A stretch of 64,000 bases of DNA from Callorhinchus milii (taxonomy: Eukaryota): NCBI RefSeq assembly GCF_018977255.1, contig NW_024704743.1:54872001-54936000 (forward strand), written 5' to 3'. The translations under genes were made by a program, and so were the position numbers. Of this stretch, positions 51,550 through 63,890 are shown in pieces. Position 1 is the first letter of the stretch. The number at the start of each line of letters is the position of its first letter. A model generated the notes under the pieces. The model saw only the letters and a program-made list of their open reading frames with translations. It was not told the DNA's origin and searched no databases.

Positions 51550-51922
51550 TTGAAGGGTTTTGATAGGGTAGACATAGGGAAGATGTTTCCTCTTGTGGGG
51601 AAGACCAAAACCAGGGGCCATCAATATAAGATAGTCACAAGTAGAACAAATAGGGAAGTTAGAAGAATTTTTTTCAAACAGAGAGTAGTGCAAATGCGGA
51701 ACATGCTACCACAAGGAGTTATCGAAGCAAATAGCATAGACGTATTTAAGGGGAAGCTACATACGTACATGAGAAAGAAAGGAATAGAAGGTTATGCTTG
51801 AAGGCTTAATTGAGGAAGGGCAGGAGGAGGCTCATGTGGAGCTTAAACACCGGCATAGACCAGTTGGACCGAATGGCCTGTTTCTGTGCTATATATTCTA
51901 ATGTAATGTATTCTAATGTATT
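51550..51922 (+). mobile_element. CR1 LINE 3' end
   Basis: ORF 51550..51801 KGFDRVDIGKMFPLVGKTKTRGHQYKI...; same family as 2190-3124. Confidence 0.88.
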
Positions 51923-54679
51923 TTTGGACATGCTTGTGGCCACCTCTCCCCTCCCCTCCCCCGTCCTTCGATAGTAGTCTGAAACTTTACCCTATATGAA
52001 GGGCCCAAAGAAATGGAAATTCATTTCCATTTCTTTGGGGTGTTATTCATTAAAAGGGATTTTCTAGGTCTTCAATGTTGCAGGTTGAATTGGTTGTAGT
52101 TAAGAAGATTTAGAAAAGGCCCTGTTCACTTGTGCGCACTCCAATAGTACATGATGGCAGCTTTCTAATTTGATATTACATTGGATCCAATCTTATTTAC
52201 GTATGTATGCATTGGGATTAATAATAATAGATAACACTAATCCTTTCATTTGATATAGCGCCTGATCACATTGTCAAGAAGTCTAAAAGAGCTTCACAGT
52301 AAAGTTATAGGATTGTGTGTATTTTGTACACAAACACAGGAAGCTGTGCACAGCAATGTCCCACAAACAGCCATGGAGTGAGTGTCCAATTTTATTTGGG
52401 GGAATGTTGGCAAGAACACCAAGAGAAACCTCCATCTCTTATCAAATAGTGCCATGGGATCTTTAACATCCACCTGAATAGGGAGATGGGACCTCAGCTT
52501 AATGTCTCATACAACTGATATCTGATTGCTGTGACAACTTGTAACATATTTAAGAATCAGTCATATTATCCTTGAATATAATCAAGGATCTCAAATTACT
52601 CTTTCTTCTTCTTGTACATGGTACTACACAAATACTGTATGTGAGTCGTACAAACTTGTACCATAGTCTAAACCCACTCTCTGTACAGAGCCACAATCCA
52701 AAAAGCATTCCAACTCTCTCGTACCATAGACTGAGCCAAAGATCTGTTTAAGACGATAATGGTAACAAATACATTCACAGGCACTTCCCAATGACAGGGA
52801 TAGAGTTTAACACAAAATCAACACATTAAATTCCCAAGGCTCTGAGATCTGCTGATTTGTAGAGCAACACTGCCCCCTGTTGAGGACTGGAATGGGACGA
52901 TTCTTTTGCAGCAAGCAAAAGTTTTTATTACATTACATAGCTTGATAGCATTACACAGCAACACTCGACGGGTGTCGTGACCGACTGCCCGCTGCTCCGC
53001 ACTCAGTCTTGCTGTCTACAATTGAACGTCAGCAAGAGCAAGGATCTCCTGATTGCCTCACACCAGCGCCTCCGCACCTCAGGCACTGGCAGCATCAGCA
53101 TCTACACAGGCACATTCTACCCCACCAAGCCAGTCAGGAGCCTAGGCATCTTGTCTGACCCTCACCTGTCTTTTCTCCAACACATCCGTGTCATGACCCG
53201 CTCTGCCTTCCCCCACCTCCACAACATTGCCCGACTCCGCCACTGCCTCACACCTCAGGCCGCTGAAACATTCATACATGCCTTCATTACATCTAGGCTC
53301 GACTATGCCAACTCCCTGCTTGTCAGCCTTCTTAGCTCTTCTCTCCGAGCCTTCAAGGTGTAGCGGGAATGTGGAATTTGCTACCACAAGGAGTTGTTGA
53401 GGCAAATAGCATAGATGTATTTAAGGAAAAGCTAGATAGGTACATGAAGGAGAAAGGAATAGAAGGTTATGCTTGAAGACTTAATTGAGGAAGAGCAGGA
53501 GGAGGCTCATGTGGAGCATAAACACCGGCATAGACCAGTTGGGCCGAATGGCCTGTTTCTGTGCTGTATATTCTAATGTAATGTATTCTAATGTATTTTT
53601 GGACATGCTTGTGGCCACCTCTCCCCTCCCTCCCCCGTCCTTCGATAGTAGTCTGAAACTTTACCCTATATGAAGGGCCCAAAGAAATGGAAATTGTTGG
53701 TGTTATTCATTAAAAGGGATTTTCTAGGTCTTCAATGTTATAGGTTGAATTGGTTGTAGTTAAGAAGATTTAGAAAAGGCCCTGTTCACTTGTCGCACTC
53801 CAATAGTACATGATGGCAGCTTTCTAATTTGATGCTACATTGGATCCAATCTTATTTACGTGTGTATGCATTGGGATTAATAATAATAGATAACAATAAT
53901 CCTTGCATTTGATATGGCGCCTGATCACATTGTCAAGAAGTCTAAAAGTGCTTCACAGTAAAGTTATAGGATTGTGTGTATTTTGTACACAAACACAGAA
54001 AGCTGTGCACAGCAATGTCCCACAAACAGCCATGGAGTGAGTGTCCAATTTTATTTGGGGGAATGTTGGCAAGAATACTAAGAGAAACGTCCGTCTCTTG
54101 TCGAATAGTGCAATGGGATCTTTAACAATCACCTGAATAGGGAGATGGGACCTCAGTTTAATGTCTCATACAACTGATATCTGATTGCTGTGACAACTTG
54201 TAACATATTTAAGAATCAGCCATATCATCCTTGAATATAATCAAGGATCTCAAATCATTCTTTCTTCTTGTTGTACATGGTACTACACAAATACTGTATG
54301 TGAGTCGTACATACTTGTACCATAGTCTAAACCCACTCTCTGTACAGAGCCACAATCCAAAAAGCACTCCAACCCTCATAGACCGAGCCAAAGATCTGTT
54401 TAAGACTATAATGGTAACAAATACATTCACAGGCACTTCCCAATGACAGGGATAGAGTTTAACACAAAATCAACACATTAAGTTCCCAAGGCTCTGAGAT
54501 CTGCTGATTTGTAGAGCAACACTGCCCTCTGTTGAGGACTTGAATGGGAAGATGCTTTAACAGCAGGCAAAAGTTTTTATTACATTACATAGCTTGATAG
54601 CATTACACAGCAACACTCGCCGGGTGCCGCGACCGACTGCCTGCAGCTCCGCACTTGGTCTTGCTGTCTACAATTGAAC
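51690..54679 (+). repeat. Tandem segmental duplication: ~51690-53027 and ~53365-54679, separated by an L2 fragment
   Basis: Long near-identical unique sequence in both copies (e.g. TTTTTGGACATGCTTGTGGCC at 51921 and 53596; ATTGAAC at 53021 and 54673). Confidence 0.95.
53016..53597 (+). mobile_element. L2 RT fragment fused to CR1 3' tail
   Basis: ORF 52977..53363 LQLNVSK...[36 protein letters not shown], then CR1 tail; same junction as near 2896. Confidence 0.85.
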
Positions 54680-56371
54680 TGGTACCAGACTGGGTCAGTG
54701 AGGTGGAGTGTGCATCCTTGTTATTATACGCTAAGAATAAGTGGAATTTCAGGCCTTCAGATTCGACACATTTCACATTGAACATCTCTTGTAAAAGCGA
54801 TTGGCGCAATGAACCTTAAACCATCTTGCCATATATATGGGGGAGGCCCACATCATCCCTTGGGATTAATGGCCTCTTTATAATGCTGCAAGCAAAGTGC
54901 TATTGCTTCCAGAGACAGAGCACTGTGGAAAGGTGAGGCCTGATTTATGCACTCTGCCTCTCATAAAGTCAGCCCGGGGCTGACGAGACAATCAATAAAA
55001 GAATAGCACCCGATCGCAGAGTTCTGCGTACGCACAAGTTTAATAACATTAAAAAATGGTCACTTGAAAGCAGACCACACAAAAACTTTTAAGGGACTAT
55101 TTGGAAGCAGAGCCAGATTCACAGCCTTGTGTTTACAGTGCTCGTGTGCCAATCAAAGTGCTACTAAAACCGCCTCCTCTGGATGGACTTGGCTCAGGGA
55201 TCGGGATGATTCACTTGTGAACAGTGCTGCCCAACCCTACTTTATACTGCATGTTTTGTGAATTCATGCTGATTCATCGTGAAACTATAAACACACCATA
55301 AAACATTCAAACTATGGGTATCTCTGAAGGCAATAAATAAAACATCCGAAAGACGAAGCCAAATTCTCAGTGTGAATGGCTGTACTGACAACTGAAAATT
55401 GTGAGCTAATGTGGAAACTTCTAATTTTCCTAGCAGAAACTTTCTTCCTGCACATGCAATTGGTGATGGATGGTTAATAATCTACTGTAGGGTTACCTCA
55501 GGGTCAGGCCAGGGGCACACAGGAAGAAAGCTTCATCTACAGTGCGCTTGAACTCAAGGGAACCTAGACAGGGATGGAGAATGGAGTGGGAAAGGAACTG
55601 GATGGGGGAAGAGGAGAGGATATGAAGAAATTAGTGGGAGCCATCACTGATTGAGTGGGGAGAGATTTAATGGGGTTCAACATTCAAATGAAGGGAGAGA
55701 GAGAAAGAGAGAGGGAAAAGAATGAGGGACTAAGAGAGAGAGTGAGAACAACAATAAGAGAATGAGACATACAGAAAGAGAGCAAAGGAGCAAGAGTAGG
55801 AAAAAATGAAACAATGAGAGAGTGATTGAAAAAGTAAAAGACTAAAACGAAAGAGATATTGAGCTTTATGATTCCAATCATTGACAGACAGATTCCAATA
55901 CATTGTATTCCCCATTATTCTCCTTCACTGTTACTTGCACATAAATGTTCCTCAGTGCAAGCTGAACAGTAAATAACTTATTTATTCCTCATTAGTACTT
56001 TCATCTGGCAAGTCAGGAATCAATATGAGGCATATTATTAGCCGCAGGACATTCTTATGGACCATCAGTCTCCCAATTTCTGGTTAATTATCCAAAGATA
56101 AATCAGCCTCTTGGCGTCCAATATGAGAAGTTACCTGGGTTACCACCAGTTTCTCTTCTCTTTCCCTCATTGCTCTGGTTACCAACTGAGCTACAGCACA
56201 GATATTTGTTTCCTTCAGCACAGGGTGACCATGCACTGGAAGAGAGAATAAAAAATAAAAATAAAGACAATGCAAATTTCTAATTCAACAACGGTAACAG
56301 GTTACATTTACATTTATTTATAAAATATGGCCAGTGTGTACTATACACTGTGGCCATAGTGTGTCCTATAT

Positions 56372-56693
56372 GGAGTCCTGTAGCTCAGTGGTTAGAGCAC
56401 TCGCTTTGCAAGTGAGAGACCTGAGTTCAATTCCAGGCAGGGCGAAACCTTGGGCAAGTTTCCTTACTCCACACGCCTAATAATAATCCCTCCAAAAAAC
56501 AAAACAATAATAAATTGGTCATTTTCAATTTACGACTGTTTGTGGGACACTGCTGTGCGCAATTGGCTGCCGAGTTCGCCCACAAATATAGTCAATTCAC
56601 TTTACAGTGTGTTCTGTGAAGCACTTTGGGACGTTCTCCCGACGTGAAAAGTGCTATATCAAATGCAAGGATTATTATTATTATTATTATTAT
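56372..56693 (+). mobile_element. tRNA(Ala)-derived SINE, young short subfamily
   Basis: Full head and (TAT)n tail; ATAGTGTGT on both flanks. Confidence 0.92.
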
Positions 56694-57049
56694 ATAGTGT
56701 GTTCCACCTGGGTACCGACAAACAGGATTTTGTTTTAACATCTCACATAATAATAATAATTTGGTCACTCAATCCACCACTGTTTGTGGGACACTGCTGT
56801 GTGCAATTGACTGCATTTTGCCTACAAAATATTCAGTTAATTCACTTTACAGTATATTCTGTGAAGCGCTTTGAGATATCTCGAAGATGTGATGAGGCGC
56901 TATATCAAATGCAATCATTATTATTATTATACGAAGGACAGCACAATGGAAATGCCAGTTAATCATAGCAGTGCCTCAGCTAACTCAGAACAAACTAGGC
57001 ATCAAACAATGAATGTTCCTAAGTATATGGATAAACTATTCAATGAACA

Positions 57050-57450
57050 AGTCACCTTTGAGTCAGAAGGTTGAGGATTCAAGTCCACTGTTTGGACTTT
57101 GAACACAGATGTCTAGGCTGACACTCCAATGCAGTACAGGGGGTGTGCTACATTCATTCAAATGGGATGGTAAATGTAGGTTCTGTCTGCCTGTTTAGGT
57201 AAATGTTAAAGATCCCATAGCACTATTCAAAAAGAGAAGAGAGATTCTCCTGGTGAATTTTCCAAATATCCCTAAATGAAATTGTTCATTAGCTTGGCTG
57301 TTTGAGGAATATTACCATCTGCAAATTGGCTGCCACATTCACTGTCAAAATACAAACAGTCTACTGCTTTACAGTATTTGCATGAAGCACTCTAAGACAT
57401 CTCAACAAAGTGATAAGGCACTATATCAAATGCAAGGCTAATTACGATTA
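57050..57450 (+). mobile_element. Deu-domain SINE
   Basis: GAGTCAGAAGGTTGAGGATTCAAGTCC head; TTAAAGATCCCATAGCACTATTC core. Confidence 0.7.
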
Positions 57451-58405
57451 TGAACTAAGTGTTTGCAGAAATGTGATGATTTAATCATTAAGAAATCTGT
57501 TGAGAAATATTGGGATGATACTTGCAATTCATTATCAAATCTGCTAAAATACTGAAGACAACCCACCACTCCCCTCCCAATTTTGATATAGTAGTTTGAT
57601 CTGAAGATTTTAGCATTATCATTGCAGCCTGTAGTGTTTCACAAGTTGCTGATTTAAGTTGTGTTGAGTGAAGTCAGTGTTCTGAGAAACTACAATGAAA
57701 CTTACTCTACATCATAGAATTAATGGTAGCAGTTGTGGCAATAACATTGCCAGACTGCCTTCACACACTGCCATACAATTCAAGTCAGATGGGGCTGGAT
57801 GATTCAGCCAGTCTAACATTGAGCTGGAAATTGCTGATTTTAAACAGATGATTTGAGAATGCTATTTAAAACTGTTAAAACTATTTTTATCCCAATGCAA
57901 ATGAGAATATATATGATGAGTTAATTACTTGTCTTCAAAGCTCACCTTAAGATCAATCTTTTCCATCATGTTTTCAGTCACCTTCCTTGCCCTCCAGTTC
58001 CCCCCTTCTCCTTCAAACTTGGCTACCATTTAAGCAACAAAAGAAGACATGTGAGGTGTTACATAAATGTGAATTGTTGTCTGAAACAAAAAATCATTAA
58101 AAAATTTGTGAACCCTTAGTTCCCTTTCCCAGACTTCACTAACGTTTTCTGGTTCAAGCTAAGTTTTGTAATCATGCAGAATTCATTTTCACTGAAACAA
58201 GCACTAAAAAAAANCTTAGATTAAATAGGGAAGTTAGAAGAAATTTCTTCACACAGAGTAGTGGGAATGTGGAGCATGCTACCGCAAGGAGTTGTTGAGG
58301 CAAATAGCATAGACGTTATGTCCATTAAATGTATGAAATTGCATTGGAACACTTATTTTAAAACTGCATAATAGTAAAGTACCATTTGTTGAATTAAACT
58401 CATAC

Positions 58406-58474
58406 CTCTAACAAGGTGATAATGACTCTTTTAAAATCCCCTAAAGCAATATCCTTTACCAAGTCATCTTTATA
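58406..58474 (-). pseudogene. Decayed annexin exon (YKDDLVKDIALGDFKRVIITLLE), repeat-2 helices D/E
   Basis: TAG acceptor and GTATG donor; resembles YKxDLxKDIxSDTSGDFxxxLxxL; 69 nt versus the 80 nt recalled for this exon. Confidence 0.65.
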
Positions 58475-59199
58475 CTATATAGAAAATATTTACAAAGAAA
58501 ATGTGACTATTACTCCCAGTTAACAGGATTTTTTCAAAAAAATCACTTTGAAATTGTTAAAAATAGGAATTAAAGCTAAAAGAGAAGAGATCTTCAAAGG
58601 AAACACTGAAGTATTGGAAGAGGCGGGAAAAGGGAAAGAGGGCTTGGAATATTTCCTCCTTCAGTGCTGAAATTCATTTGGATCTATGTGAGATTGAAAA
58701 TGTTTTTGACAGTACAGAAATAGACTATTCTAATCCTACTACCTACCCATAGTAACATCAAGCAATTTCTCAAATCAGTGACAGGATTCTGGCCTCAATC
58801 ACTCTTCCTGGTAACCAATTCCAGTCATTAGGTAGCCTCTATATAAATAAATACTTGCTTGAATCCATTCTGAAATTGCATTTCACAAACTTGGGCCCTC
58901 AACTTATCAAATGTGTTGCAGTTTATCACAGTTGAGTTTCAAAACAAATGGAACTTGTTTTGGGTGAGGTCTGAAAGAGCATTGAAAGCAATATAAAAAG
59001 GTAAATATTCAAGAGGTATTGCTTGGTCTAATTTACCCAACAAGTGAATAAACCCATCTGAAGAAACAAAGCATTTTGAACACAAATAGAAGTTCTAAAT
59101 GAATTTTCAAGTCCGAATGTCTTATATAGCTGTAGAAAAGTAGAACGGACTCGAACATTATATCTGGAGTATGACCCTCTGTAGAACAATGCACAGTAC

Positions 59200-59290
59200 C
59201 TGCTTGGTAAGCTTCCTTTATTTCTCTTATTTGTTGGTTGTTTCTTGAAACAAGAATTCCAGTCAGCATATCTTCAACTGTACCAGGTCC
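59200..59290 (-). pseudogene. Decayed annexin exon (GPGTVEDMLTGILVSRNNQQIREIKEAYQA), repeat 2
   Basis: Matches annexin GxGTDExxLIEILxSRxNxxIxxIxxxY; 91 nt, phase 0 to 1, GTACTG donor; acceptor reads TAT instead of TAG. Confidence 0.8.
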
Positions 59291-61096
59291 ATAAGAAGAA
59301 GAAAAAAATCGCTTTGGATTATTTTATCATTGAAATCTTTACCAGAAGTAAAGTTTAGTTTCAGCATCCTGGAGCAGGCAGAGGAGGAGAGAAAAGGCTG
59401 GGATGGATACTATCCCCCAAAGCGGCACAACTTCCAACATTATCTGTCAAAGTTCAAATATGAATAGTAGTCATTGGCAGTATAATCAAATGTATAGCAC
59501 GTAACCTGTGCCTATTGAACTCTAGCCCTGGAGAAGGGGAGAGAAGGAAAAAAAACAAAAAAAACTTTTTATATTACAGGCCTCAAAGCAAATTCACTCC
59601 TGTTTTCAGTAACTAACCATTAAAAAAATACTAATCTACCTTGAGGTGCCTGCAATTGAACCTCTTCAGCCACTGGATACTTCATTGGCCACTGGTAGTC
59701 GCTGTTGCCATTCTCAGGTGATGCAAGCATAATTACATACATTCATAAAACCCCTGGGATTAAGTTTTTCTGAAAAGGAAAAGAATGCAAGCAAAGTTAG
59801 CTGAATTCAGATGCAGCCCTCAGCTTTCTCTAGCACCATTATAGAATAAGATAATGGGTGATCAGAATTTTTTCATAAGATTTCACCTATACATGTATGA
59901 AACAACCCCTGGATATCCCAGGGGTTTTGAATATAAAAATTACAGCTGGACTATGAGCAATGCTTAGTGTAACCAGTATATCCTGTGAAGCGCTTTGAAA
60001 TGTCTCGACAACATGATAAGGCGTTATATCAAATACAAGCATTATTATTATTATCTATTTTGATGCTGGTTACACTAAGCATTGCTCCTAGTCCAGCTGC
60101 AATTTTTGTGTATTTTTGTAGGCAAAACGCAGCAGCCAATTGCAATTGCACACAGCAATGTTCCACAAACAGCCGTGGAGTGAGTGACCAATTTTATTTG
60201 GGGGAATTGTTGGCCAGGACATTCTTGCTAGGGGATGTCAGCACTCAGTAGTTTAAGGGTGCTTCAAGCCCCATGTCAGGACATTGTGTAAGTCTGCCGC
60301 AGAGGTTCTGTCCTTTAGATGATACAGAAGCTTTGGATTTGAAGCGCTAATACATGATCTTCAATTATAATAGGCTAACTTCATGAAAACTTTTACTTAA
60401 CGGATGCATCACTTAACCAATGAGCCTTACATTTGACCTCTTTAGAAAACAAAATCCTCTTATAATTTTTTTAAAACTGTCAACATGAACAGGTTTTATT
60501 TTCCATAATTATTGCGCCTTGTCACTTAAGAAGTTTAAATATGCTCTTGTTTTTGCACAAATGTACTGTTTCTCCCCTCACAGCTAGTACAGGCTTATGT
60601 TTGTCATGAGATCTGTGTAATTGAATAGTAACACTACATACACCCAAGAAGATGAGAACTACATCATTTACTGGTTTTGAAAATAAATAATAATGACCAT
60701 TATTCTATGCATGAATCCTATTGTAAGCACAAATAACCAAATCCTCATACATTTTCTAACAAGTATATTATCATCCTAGTGTGTCAGCAGGTTACTTTAG
60801 ACTGGGTGGGGTAGGAGCGTTATTTTATTTTCAGGGGGTTCCCTAGTATGGGATCATTAAGGTCAATTATAGCACAACTGTTGCTGTTGGCCCAAATGAG
60901 ATTAATTAACTTTGCAGTAACCTAGCATCAAATACTTTCAATATTCGAGTGAATGTAAAAGCCATAGCACATTGGACCTCAAACCATTACTGTGCATATT
61001 AGTATCAGTGACAGTGCAGAGGTTTGGAAGAAGGTCATATTCATAGAGAACAAAGGGAAATATTTTGACAAAGTTAGTGTATTGATTCATATACAA

Positions 61097-61160
61097 CAGC
61101 GTGGTCCAACAGGTGGCCCGCGGGCAGCATGTGGCCCAGCGGATGATTTTATCTGGCCCC
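61097..61160 (+). mobile_element. hAT/Charlie-type terminus
   Basis: CAGCGTGGTCCAACAGGTGGCCCGCGGGCAGCATGTGGCCC; matches 35431; opposite TIR not found. Confidence 0.6.
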
Positions 61161-62482
61161 CAATTATTTTCAACATTCCAACTTCCATTCCCTCCCTCCC
61201 TCTCTCCCTCCCTCCCTGGTGAATGTCCTACCAGGGCAGTGGCAGGAGCTGGCAGTTTGGGAGACACAGCACGGAGGTGACAATAATACCAGCCGTTGCT
61301 GCAGTGCGTACCGGAGCCGAGAGGAAAACAAGCGTGTGTCCTTATCCAACCACTTTCTTAGTGAACCTCATGGCTGATTGGGAGAGAAAGAGAGATTGAG
61401 AGATGGGAAGAGGGAGTGAGGGGGGACAGAGAGTGAGAGGGACAGAGAGGGAGGAGAGATGGGGACTAAGTAGTAAAACATGTTTTCAATATGCTGTAAT
61501 TTTTCTTTTGAATCCTGAGTAATATGGAGGTATCTGGACAGTACAGATAACTAAAATCATACTACCAAGTGACACAGCCTCCTACTCACTTGAATTGGGA
61601 GGTTGGGAGGCCGGGGTGAAGTGGGGGTTGGTTGGAAGGGAGGTCTGTCAGCTCTTGACAGGGCTACTAGGTAAAACGTTATGCCAGAAACAGGAGATGT
61701 CTCAGGGACATAATGAGGAAATAAAAATCCTTGCATTTGATTTCCAAGAGACATCTCAAGACGCTTCACAGGATACACTGTAAAGTGTGTATTTTGTGGG
61801 TGACATGACAGCTAATGAGTGTCACCACACTTTACAATACAATCCTGCACAATGCTTTGAGTTATAAATCTTTTCAACTTCAGGATAATGATTGGATGTA
61901 TATCCACCTGGCTGGCTGTAGGAACTCTTCTCTTCATTCCACGGTTGTTTCAAATGTTTGCACTTAGGTAATTTGATCAAAGTATACATACTAGACTTAA
62001 GAGTTTGTCAAAACAGAGAATTCCTGGAAAACCTGTTGCCTTGTTTGGTGTGATCGTCACTTGCAGTATTGAGCATTCACCAAGTGAAACCCATCTACTT
62101 TTAAGAAGTGTAAATTACTACTTGGATGAGAAATTAATACAACTAACGGTTGAACATTTGTCTTTTAAACACAATTTTAGTTCCTGCTCTGAAAACAGAG
62201 GAAATTACTTTGACTCCTATCTGCACTGTTATGTGTAGACTACTTATTACTTACTGTTTAAACATATAACTTGTGAATAACAGAGCAGTACAAGATTAAG
62301 CAAATGACAAAAATGAATGAAGTTCAGCCCAATAAAATTGCTTACATGACAATTTATCAAAAATAAATATAATGTAAATCAAAAGTTGCAGTTTCCCCAT
62401 ATATATATGTGTATGCACTGAATGTTACTGAGATTTGCAAACTATCCTCCAAGTTAAATTCATCATTTAAATTCATCATTGT

Positions 62483-62806
62483 GGAGTCCTGTAGCTCAGT
62501 GGCTAGAGCACTCGCTTTGCAAGCGAGAGACCTGAGTTCAATTCCAGGCAGGGCGAAACCTTGGGCAAGTTTCCTCACTCCACACACCTAATAATAATCC
62601 CTCCAAAACCAAAAACAATAATAAATTGGTCATTTTCAATCTACGACTGTTTGTGGGACACTGCTGTGCGCAATTGGCTGCCGTGTTCGCCCACAAATAT
62701 ACAGTCAATTCACTTTACAGTGTGTTCTGTGAAACGCTTTGGGACGTCCTCCCGACGTGAAAAGCGCTATATCAAATGCAAGAATTATTATTATTATTAT
62801 TATTAT
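62483..62806 (+). mobile_element. tRNA(Ala)-derived SINE, young short subfamily
   Basis: Near-identical to 8032-8350 and 56372-56693. Confidence 0.92.
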
Positions 62807-63749
62807 CATTTAATACACAGATGTTTGCAGGAGATTTCCCTCACTGTCCAGCGCCTTGGAATGTCCTCCTGATGTGAAAGGTATTATACAGATGTAATGT
62901 TGTTGTGCTCAAATTGGCTGCCCCGTTTGGCTACAAACACAGTCATTAAACTTTACAGTAAAATCACGTGAAGAGCTTTCAGATGTTTTGACCACACGAG
63001 AAGGCACAATATCACATGAAGGATTATTATTATTATTATTAATATTATTATTATTATTATTATGACAGTCAATTGTGGGACTACACAGCTATAAATGGGA
63101 CCACAAAAACACTTTGTTACAATAAGTTTGTAATAGATTCTACTTCTCAGAAGCTTGCTTTCATTTCAAACAATTTTTTAAAAAAAGCTAAGGATATCTT
63201 GGTTTCGGAGGGATCCATCATAAAAACTTTGTTGTTATTACAAAGATGAAACTCTGTGTTGAGAGAAGAAACCACCGGAACGGGGCGATTAATCTGTTGG
63301 AATACTATGGAATGCAATGGGAACAAGGAACCTTGACAGAAAGAGAAAGATAATTTAAATTTACATTTCACAGAACTTTCAAAAGCATTTCTTTCTGCAG
63401 ATTTGGAGGTTATAAATAAATGCAGCAATAAGAGATAAAACAACAAATGCTTTTGAAACTACAAATCTTTCTAAAATAACACTTTGCATCTGGCTATTCC
63501 ACTGGTACAATACAGTACTGTTACATTTAGAATATAAAACATATTGAAACTACCAGTTTTTGAATTTGGTCTACTTCTCCCTATATTTACTCTTTGGTTA
63601 GGGCTTAATGTATAGTTTGGGGTCCAGAGCTATGGGATTTATTTGTGTATAGTATGAGCACACAAAGAGTCGATCATACTGTTTTGCTCTCTCTTCCGCT
63701 TTCCAATCTTTGTATGGACTGTTTTAAGAGGTCCGAAACACTATATAAA

Positions 63750-63890
63750 TCATAGAATCATGGAATTATACAGCACAGAAAGAGGCCATTCGGTCCATTG
63801 TGTCTGTGCCAGCTTTTTGATAAGACCTATCCAAATCAATCCCACTCCCCTATTCTTTTCGCATAGCCCTGCAAACTTGTCCTCCCCAAA
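63750..63890 (-). mobile_element. CR1 LINE 3' end
   Basis: CATAGAATCATGGAAT...ACAGCACAGAAAGAGGCCATTCGGTCC reverse-oriented CR1 terminus. Confidence 0.7.

Noticed and set aside
55560..55860. Purine-rich tract and overlapping hydrophobic ORFs
   Set aside because: Low-complexity GA sequence; no coding evidence
58214..58315. N base followed by a short CR1 piece as a biological junction
   Set aside because: The single N suggests an assembly ambiguity or contig join, so adjacency across it is uncertain
62483..62555. tRNA-Ala(TGC) gene (also at 8350, 8399, 56372)
   Set aside because: These are SINE heads: no acceptor stem pairing, and each continues into the SINE body and tail
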